From Telmatocola sphagniphila (GTDB taxonomy: Bacteria; Planctomycetota; Planctomycetia; Gemmatales; Gemmataceae): DNA of 32,000 bases. The stretch is taken from NCBI RefSeq assembly GCF_018398935.1, contig NZ_CP074694.1, forward strand, positions 4,890,001 through 4,922,000, read 5' to 3'. Made by a program: the position numbers and the translations under genes. Below, one piece after another: positions 26,177 through 32,000 of this stretch. Every line of letters begins with the position of its first letter. Position 1 is the first letter of the stretch. The notes below the pieces were generated by a model that saw only the letters and a list, made by a program, of their open reading frames with translations, was not told the DNA's origin and ran no database searches.

Positions 26177-26554
26177 TCAGTTTCCGGCCGACTCATCGAA
26201 TTTCGCCACCAGCTTATTTGGGGCCGTTAGTCGCCAGGCCTCGATCAGAAGATCCTTCAGATCCTCGCGATGAACTCCGGCGAGTTTTACCAGCATCCAG
26301 GGATAATCGCGATAGTGATCGGTGATGAAGAAAATGCCCGGCTGCGCAGTCATTTGCATTTCGCGTTCTTCGGGATCGATTTTCACCACCAGACAGTCTA
26401 AATCCTGGTGAAGGCGAACGAACAGCTTGCCTTTCACCTTGAAAGCGGGCGTGCCATAAGAAGTGCCTTCCTCAATCTCCGGAAGGCCAGTGACCAATTC
26501 CTGAACGTCCGACCAGGTGAGAATGGAATTCGATTTTTTGCGAGAGCGGGCCAT
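26177..26554 (-). CDS. MmcQ/YjbR-family protein
   Basis: TSYGTPAFKVKGKLFVRL and IFFITDHYRDYPWMLVKL resemble the YjbR fold family. I chose the start at 26554 (MARSRKK) because the longer ORF would run through the terminator hairpin at 26572-26597. Confidence 0.65.
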   Translation of the reverse strand: MARSRKKSNSILTWSDVQELVTGLPEIEEGTSYGTPAFKVKGKLFVRLHQDLDCLVVKIDPEEREMQMTAQPGIFFITDHYRDYPWMLVKLAGVHREDLKDLLIEAWRLTAPNKLVAKFDESAGN

Positions 26555-26571
26555 GGCGACATTCCGGGTAC

Positions 26572-26597
26572 AAAAAAACCCAGGCACTCGGCCTGGG
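26572..26597 (-). terminator. Rho-independent terminator of the coiled-coil gene pair
   Basis: 7-bp GC-rich stem cccaggc/gcctggg (26579-26585 with 26591-26597). On the minus strand it is followed by a U7 run (A-run 26572-26578 on plus), 21 nt after the stop at 26618. Confidence 0.8.
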
Positions 26598-26617
26598 TTT
26601 TCGGAAACGGATTTCTC

Positions 26618-27364
26618 TCAATCGCTCTTGCGCGACAGTTGACTCAGTTCCATCAGTCGGGCCTTCATGGCTTCCAGTCGCTTGCTGAACAGCGTGGTGT
26701 CGGCCAGCGAGTTCGCGTAGCTGGTACCCAGGTATTCGCGTTCGAGCCGGGCCGCGTTCAGGATATCTTCCTGTTCTTTATTCAGTTTTCGCAGACCGTT
26801 GCCATCGGCATCGTAGATCTTGTCATTTTCGATCTTCAGATCGGCAATCAGCTTGCTGATGTCTTCTTTGACCTTCTTGATCTGCTCGGTCGTACTGGCA
26901 ATCAAAGCGGCATAAGTGGCCAGACTCTGCAGGGGTTCATTACCCTTGTAGGCAATCGCCGGTCGGCCTGTCGGCTGGTCGATCTTCATCAGACCCGTCG
27001 AGGGATCTTCGACGAATTTCTGGAAGGGCAGGGCCACCGGTTGCCCCTTGTATTTACCAGTGCGGACCATTTCGATCTGGTCGCGGTAGAAATCGCGTCG
27101 CAGCGGTCGGGTCGCCTCCTGATCGCTGACCTGGCTTTGATTGATCACCCATAGCGAGTAGGCTTTGTTGTTGGCTTCGCCCAGCCCCTTGTACTGTTCC
27201 TGCATCTTCTCGATCTGGCCGACGACTTCCTTGTTCGCGCCCGCTTCGGCCGGAGTAAACCAGTCGATACGCTGGGTGTAGACCGCCACTGCCCACATCA
27301 GGAAGGCGATGGCCATGCCCGTGTTGAGAACGATCAGCCATTTTGCCGTTTTGGTCGTGTTCAT
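26618..27364 (-). CDS. Membrane-anchored coiled-coil protein (hypothetical)
   Basis: ATG at 27364 is preceded by GGAAGGGA. TM anchor WLIVLNTGMAIAFLMWAVAVY, then heptad-like, charged segments (TEQIKKVKEDISKLIADLKIENDK, RLEAMKARLMELSQL). I recognise no family. Confidence 0.6.
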   Translation of the reverse strand: MNTTKTAKWLIVLNTGMAIAFLMWAVAVYTQRIDWFTPAEAGANKEVVGQIEKMQEQYKGLGEANNKAYSLWVINQSQVSDQEATRPLRRDFYRDQIEMVRTGKYKGQPVALPFQKFVEDPSTGLMKIDQPTGRPAIAYKGNEPLQSLATYAALIASTTEQIKKVKEDISKLIADLKIENDKIYDADGNGLRKLNKEQEDILNAARLEREYLGTSYANSLADTTLFSKRLEAMKARLMELSQLSRKSD

Positions 27365-27448
27365 AGAGTTCCCTTCCGGGTATTTCGTCTCAACTTCCTG
27401 AATTTCTGCCCGCCGCAAGTATTATCGGCCGGGTTGCAAATCGAAGGA

Positions 27449-29038
27449 TTATTTCTTGAGTTCCTGTTCTTTCTTCCGCAGTTGCTGTTCCAGCCGGAAC
27501 ATGTCATCGCGGGAGGTATTCAACTGCTGCAGCAGACCGAAGAGTTCTTTTTCCCGTTCCGCAAGATCGGCCAGGAACTTCTTGGCACTGACTTTATTAT
27601 CTTCCAGGTTCCGTTCCAGATTTTCCCGTTCGCGGGTGCGATCATTCAGGTTCGCTTCCTGATTGTTCTTCTGATTCTGAACGCCGGATAGTTCCAGATT
27701 CAGACCGCTGAGCTGGTCGCCCAGCAAGGTCGCGGAACGACTTTGATCCGCATAGTTGGCTCGGAACACCGATTCTTCTTCGCGGAGGATACCCCGGAGT
27801 CGCTGGGCCATATCGGCCAGAGCGATCGCCTGGGTGTTGGCACTTTCGACATATCGCTTCATGCCGACGATAGCCATGACGCGTTGCTGCCAATCCCAAC
27901 GGGCGCTGAAGTCGGGTTTATCGGCATCGATGAAGATCAGGATGTGAGCAATCTGGGCGGCTTTCTCGGAAGGATCGAAGATCTTTTTGCCGGAGCCTTC
28001 TTTGGTCAGTGTCGCCGGGGCTTCAGCCTCGTCGAAGTAAACTTGCAGGACGGCTTTACCGGCCGCGATGAGGTTCTCCGCGGTCGCCGACTTGTCGGAC
28101 ATCAGAACTTCAGCGAGAGCATTCAGAGCGTTTCGTTCCGATTCAGATCGGGCGGAAGCGACCACGATATCCCGAAGCGACTTACGGGCATTCTCGGCCT
28201 GGGCCGCATCATTGAGAGGAGCGGCCAGAAGTTCGATCACCCGATTCAGAGTCGTCTTGATATCTTCGTTATTGATCAGGTCGTTCAATTTCTTGCGAGC
28301 GTTCTCCAGTCCAGCGCGGTCCACCGTGTCGGTCCCGGCGGCTTTCTCGACATCCAGTACGGCATTGCGGATGCTTCGTTCCGCTTCGGCTCGGGCGTCG
28401 GCGGAGTCGCCCGAGATACCCAGAGGAGCGGTCGATTTCAGAAGATCGAGGATGGCCCGGCGAGCAGTGACGGCTCCCCCTTTATCGCCAATAGCCGCCA
28501 ATGCTTTCAGCGCGTCGACCTGGCTGGGCGTCCGGGCGAGCAGGCCGATTTCAATTCGAGCCCCTTCCACGCGAGCCGGATTGAGGATATCTCGTAACAG
28601 AGCGAAGGCCCCGTCGCGGTGAGCGCCGGTTTGAGCCAGGTTGAGGAGGTATTTTAAAATTAAGTTGAGTTTGGCGGGGTTGCCGTCGGCTCCGTCGATC
28701 TGGCTGAAAATCTTCTGCTGGAGCCGTTTCAATTCCGCCGTCTGGCTGTTGACGGGTTCACCGCCGAATTCGGAACCACCACTGGGTATAGCTTTCTGGA
28801 GGGTCGATTTACGGATGGTATTCAACCGAACCTGATCGTTGACCTGATAGTCAAAAGGAACATCTTCGGAGCCGGTACCACTCTCGCCTTCTAACGGCAG
28901 CCCTTTTAAGGCAATGGTGTGCCGGAATACCGAGTAGGTCCATTCCTGCCGTTTGCCCCAGACACTGCTGGCCAGGTAAATGAAGGCACCGGCCGCCAGG
29001 AGATTCAGAACGAGCAGAATTTTACTTAAAAGTCCCAT
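27449..29038 (-). CDS. Membrane-anchored coiled-coil protein (hypothetical)
   Basis: ATG at 29038 is preceded by GGAGGA. TM anchor ILLVLNLLAAGAFIYLASSVW is similar in layout to the downstream gene's anchor. There is a long helical middle region. The C-terminal ~100 aa are strongly coiled-coil (NLERNLEDNKVSAKKFLADLAEREKELFGLLQQL...LEQQLRKKEQELKK). Confidence 0.6.
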   Translation of the reverse strand: MGLLSKILLVLNLLAAGAFIYLASSVWGKRQEWTYSVFRHTIALKGLPLEGESGTGSEDVPFDYQVNDQVRLNTIRKSTLQKAIPSGGSEFGGEPVNSQTAELKRLQQKIFSQIDGADGNPAKLNLILKYLLNLAQTGAHRDGAFALLRDILNPARVEGARIEIGLLARTPSQVDALKALAAIGDKGGAVTARRAILDLLKSTAPLGISGDSADARAEAERSIRNAVLDVEKAAGTDTVDRAGLENARKKLNDLINNEDIKTTLNRVIELLAAPLNDAAQAENARKSLRDIVVASARSESERNALNALAEVLMSDKSATAENLIAAGKAVLQVYFDEAEAPATLTKEGSGKKIFDPSEKAAQIAHILIFIDADKPDFSARWDWQQRVMAIVGMKRYVESANTQAIALADMAQRLRGILREEESVFRANYADQSRSATLLGDQLSGLNLELSGVQNQKNNQEANLNDRTRERENLERNLEDNKVSAKKFLADLAEREKELFGLLQQLNTSRDDMFRLEQQLRKKEQELKK

Positions 29039-29541
29039 GCTGCGATCCTCCAACGGTCGCTGAGGAGACACGGGGCGGGCACTCGGATGGCAATATCCGT
29101 CCCACCATCAAAATAGGAATAAAACCTACTGATTACGGGACTCATCCCGGAGTCACCGTACAGCGGCCTGCTATTCCTCCCTAGATTTTGTCCCATCTTG
29201 CCTCTTTTGCCAATAAAATCTTCCCAGCAACTCTAATAAGCCGGGGGAAGCGGGTGAACCACACCGGTCGAATTGATTTTTCGGCCCGAAGGTAAAAAGT
29301 GTCGCATATTACCTTAATTCCCCGATGCGATGTTGTCGGGAAAATTAATGGGGAAGTTGAAACGAAAGTTTTCGTTTGTCAAAAAGCGCTGCTAGAATAG
29401 CGCTGCAATAATTACAAAGGAACGGAAAATCCTTTAGAGCGTGATCGCGAAATCTCTCCCGGTATTGCCGATTTCGGCCGTCCTTTACGATTTCGGTTCC
29501 GTGATGTTCCTTACCCCCGCAGCCTCCTAGGAGAGCACGTT

Positions 29542-30918
29542 ATGCCGGAAGTTACTACCCGGCCACTACAGGGCATCGGCAACTACGACTTACTGAACAA
29601 GATTGCCGAAGGCGGCATGGGTGCCGTGTACAAAGGTCGACATCGCGAAAGCGGTCAGATCGTGGCTATTAAAATCATACCGCCTGCCACTGCCAAAAAT
29701 CCAGTGCTTCTGCAGCGATTTAAGACAGAATATGAAGCCGCCAAGCAACTTGATCATCCAAATATCGTAAAAGCGATAGAATATGATGCCAGCGGCCCCA
29801 ACCCATTCCTTGTCATGGAATTTGTGGATGGCGAATCGCTCGGTAATCTCATCGAACGCGAAGGTCCCATCCCCGAGGATCTGGCCGTTCGCATCATCGC
29901 CCAGGTCTGCCAGGGTCTACACCGCGCTCACAAACAGAAACTGATTCATCGCGACGTCAAACCCGATAACGTGATGCTGACGTCCGATTACACCGCCAAA
30001 TTGACCGACCTGGGTCTGGTGAAGGAAGTCGATGGCGATTTGAACCTGACCAAGACCGGCCGCGGTCTGGGCACGCCCCACTTCATGGCACCGGAACAGT
30101 TCCGTAATGCCAAGCACGCCGACGTCCGCTGCGACATTTATTCGATCGGCGCGACACTTTACATGATGGTCACTGGGGAAGTTCCATTCGGTAAAGTCGG
30201 GCCGCTCGACTGCTGGATGAAGAAAATTCGCAACGATTTCACGCCGCCCCGGGAATTGAAGCCCGATCTGTCCGACCGGGTCGACTGGGCCATTCGCCGG
30301 GCCATGAGTGGCGATCCCGATCAGCGACCGGCCACCTGCCGGGAATTCGTCGAGGATCTGACCGGGCTGACCATTCGCGCCAAAGCGCCGCAACAAGCCG
30401 TCAACCCGAATGCCCAGACGATCGAAACGCCGACCACGAGCAATCTTCCCTGGTATCTTGTTTACAAGGACGATACCGGCGAAACCCATACGGTTAAAGG
30501 CACTACTGACGGGATTCGCAAGGCATTGAAAGAAGGTTTGCTGGGGGATGCCGTGAATATTCGTGCCTGCCAGAGCAAGCAGGGGCCGTTCAAGTATCTG
30601 AAGGATCACCCGGAGTTTCGCGATCTGGTGATCTCTCCGGCTCCGATGGAACAGCAGAAAAAGAACGTCGATCCTAATGCAGCCGTCGGAACCGCGCAAA
30701 TGGAAATTGTGCCGCGCGATAACATGTACGAATCGGATGCGGAACGCGTCAGCATGAAGCGGATGCCTCAGCCGATGTTGTATCCGGGCAATAATACCCT
30801 TCCGCCGCAGATCCCTTTGACGACTCCCAAAAAGTTCGACTGGGCTTTCTGGGGCATTATCGGCGCGGTAGTCATTGCCACCCTCACTACGCTAGTGGTA
30901 TTCTGGCCGAAGAAGTGA
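29542..30918 (+). CDS. Hanks-type Ser/Thr protein kinase with a GYF-like middle domain and a C-terminal TM anchor
   Basis: GxGxxG-like AEGGMGAVYKG, VAIK, HRDVKPDN, DLG (in place of DFG), FMAPEQ, and the DxWSxG equivalent DIYSIGATLY. Then WYLVYKDDTGETHTVKGTTDGIRKALKEGLLGDAVNIRACQSKQGPFKYL (GYF_2-like by eye). The final WAFWGIIGAVVIATLTTLVVFW is a TM helix. Confidence 0.85.
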   Translation: MPEVTTRPLQGIGNYDLLNKIAEGGMGAVYKGRHRESGQIVAIKIIPPATAKNPVLLQRFKTEYEAAKQLDHPNIVKAIEYDASGPNPFLVMEFVDGESLGNLIEREGPIPEDLAVRIIAQVCQGLHRAHKQKLIHRDVKPDNVMLTSDYTAKLTDLGLVKEVDGDLNLTKTGRGLGTPHFMAPEQFRNAKHADVRCDIYSIGATLYMMVTGEVPFGKVGPLDCWMKKIRNDFTPPRELKPDLSDRVDWAIRRAMSGDPDQRPATCREFVEDLTGLTIRAKAPQQAVNPNAQTIETPTTSNLPWYLVYKDDTGETHTVKGTTDGIRKALKEGLLGDAVNIRACQSKQGPFKYLKDHPEFRDLVISPAPMEQQKKNVDPNAAVGTAQMEIVPRDNMYESDAERVSMKRMPQPMLYPGNNTLPPQIPLTTPKKFDWAFWGIIGAVVIATLTTLVVFWPKK

Positions 30919-30919
30919 G

Positions 30920-31861
30920 TTAATTTCGGCTTCGCCAGTCGTTCAAAATGTCCTTCAACGTGCTATCCAGGGAATGCACCGGCGCCCAGCCGGTGGATTT
31001 CTTCAATTTCTCGACCTGAGTCCGGCTCACCAGCGTTTCCGACTGCCGGTTGCTTTCCGCTTTCTGACGAATTTCGATCTGCGCGGACGACAATTTGATG
31101 AGGCGATCAAGAATCTCGGCCATCGAATAGGTCATCCCGGTTGCGCAGTTGTAAGCTTCACCCGGCTGGCCTCGTTCCATCAGCCGCACGAAGGCATACA
31201 CCATATCGCGAACATCGGTGAGATCGCGCTGACCCGATAAATTCCCTGTCTCCAGAACCGGCGTTTGTTTACCGGACTCTATAGCCGCGATCTGGCGGGC
31301 AAAATTCGCAACGGCGTACTCGGCATTCTGTCCTGGGCCGATCTGATTGAACGGCCGCGCTCGAATGACTTCGAGACCGCACTCCTTCCAAATCTGATAA
31401 CCCAGAAGATCCGCCGCGGCTTTGCTCACGGCGTACGGACTGGCTGGCCGGAAAGAGGTTTTTTCGTCGAAGACTTCCCCCGGAGTTTCCGGGTCGCCGT
31501 AGATCAGCCCCGAGGAGGTGATGAGGATGCGCGTTTTTTGTCCCCAGTAACGCACCGCCGAGAAGAGCGTCTGAGTCACCTGCAAGTTGCCTTCCCAGGC
31601 CAGTTCCGGCTCGGTGAAGGAGCGGCCGTTGTGGGCATAACCGGCCAGATGAAAAATCCACTGCGGCTCGATGGAGCGCAACAGGCCGACCATCTCCTTG
31701 AGATTCAGCGGATCGGCCAGGTGCATGGTGAGTCCAGCCCGGGCAGAAAGCTTATCTCGGCTCCGGGAAGTCCCATGAATTTGATAGCTACCCTGCTTCA
31801 ACAGCAGTTCGACGAGATGGCTGCCGACAAAACCGGTGACGCCCGTAATCAGAACGCGCAT
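30920..31861 (-). CDS. rmd: NAD-dependent epimerase/dehydratase family, GDP-4-keto-6-deoxy-D-mannose reductase (Rmd)-like
   Basis: Rossmann motif ITGVTGFVGSHL and catalytic YAVSKAAAD (YxxxK). ARPFNQIGPGQ and TGW.P...L...L.DW resemble Rmd/GMD-type SDRs. It lies directly downstream of an apparent gmd 3' end. Confidence 0.6.
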   Translation of the reverse strand: MRVLITGVTGFVGSHLVELLLKQGSYQIHGTSRSRDKLSARAGLTMHLADPLNLKEMVGLLRSIEPQWIFHLAGYAHNGRSFTEPELAWEGNLQVTQTLFSAVRYWGQKTRILITSSGLIYGDPETPGEVFDEKTSFRPASPYAVSKAAADLLGYQIWKECGLEVIRARPFNQIGPGQNAEYAVANFARQIAAIESGKQTPVLETGNLSGQRDLTDVRDMVYAFVRLMERGQPGEAYNCATGMTYSMAEILDRLIKLSSAQIEIRQKAESNRQSETLVSRTQVEKLKKSTGWAPVHSLDSTLKDILNDWRSRN

Positions 31862-31920
31862 AATTTATCTGCTATCGGGAAGGTTCTTGCCACGCTGCAC
31901 CACCGGCTTGCTAAATCCGT

Positions 31921-32000
31921 TCAAGCTGCCTTCGCGTATCCGGCATGGGCATTCCCCCGCAGCTTGGCGAGGTCGGAGAGCACCATCCGGCGGACCAATT
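31921..32000 (-). CDS. gmd: 3' end of a probable GDP-mannose 4,6-dehydratase gene (only 26 codons visible)
   Basis: The minus-strand frame reads ...LVRRMVLSDLAKLRGNAHAGYAKAA* with the stop at 31921-31923. The LV+xMVxxDL tail is characteristic of GMD C-termini. It lies 59 nt upstream of the rmd-like gene. Confidence 0.4.
   Translation of the reverse strand, partial: LVRRMVLSDLAKLRGNAHAGYAKAA

Noticed and set aside
1-32000. Scan for CRISPR arrays, tRNA/rRNA genes, IS elements or transposases, integrases and prophage genes
   Set aside because: I saw no regularly spaced direct repeats, no tRNA-like cloverleaf candidates in the intergenic regions read by eye, and no transposase, integrase or phage-structural motifs in any frame. 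This eye-scan is not exhaustive. tRNAscan-SE, Infernal or ISfinder runs would be decisive.

Overview
The window looks like a chromosomal segment from a Planctomycetota-type genome. The flanking genes are about 53-60% G+C, and three canonical DUF1559 (H-X9-DG) prepilin-like genes are a hallmark of that phylum. I support about 32 protein-coding genes and found no rRNA, tRNA, CRISPR array, transposase or integrase. Housekeeping and recognisable genes: ndk, cysK, an EF-G paralog, a nitrilase-superfamily hydrolase, a ThuA-like protein, a DinB-like protein, a YjbR-like protein, a Hanks-type Ser/Thr kinase, and an rmd-like reductase preceded by what looks like the 3' end of gmd. Envelope and accessory content: a partial GT1/GT4 glycosyltransferase; a 700-aa tandem ABC-2 permease fusion with no ATPase partner in view; three canonical DUF1559 genes, two of them followed by paralogous small lipoproteins that both end in FDLKSK; one degenerate DUF1559 relative; a TPR protein divergent from an ExeA-like AAA ATPase that is coupled to a BY-kinase/MinD-like protein with both Walker A lysines replaced; an ankyrin + PQQ-propeller secreted protein; and two consecutive membrane-anchored coiled-coil proteins. 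The best candidate for an undescribed system is a low-GC islet at about 14.7-16.9 kb, wedged between cysK and the EF-G gene. It encodes an ABC/AAA_21-type ATPase with an unusual Walker B (FEHPE), a tightly coupled DUF4276-like TOPRIM protein, and possibly a small 2-TM protein. This is a split-OLD / PARIS-like architecture. All family assignments come from motif recognition by eye, and no searches were run. Most long antisense ORFs in the track are high-GC shadow ORFs.
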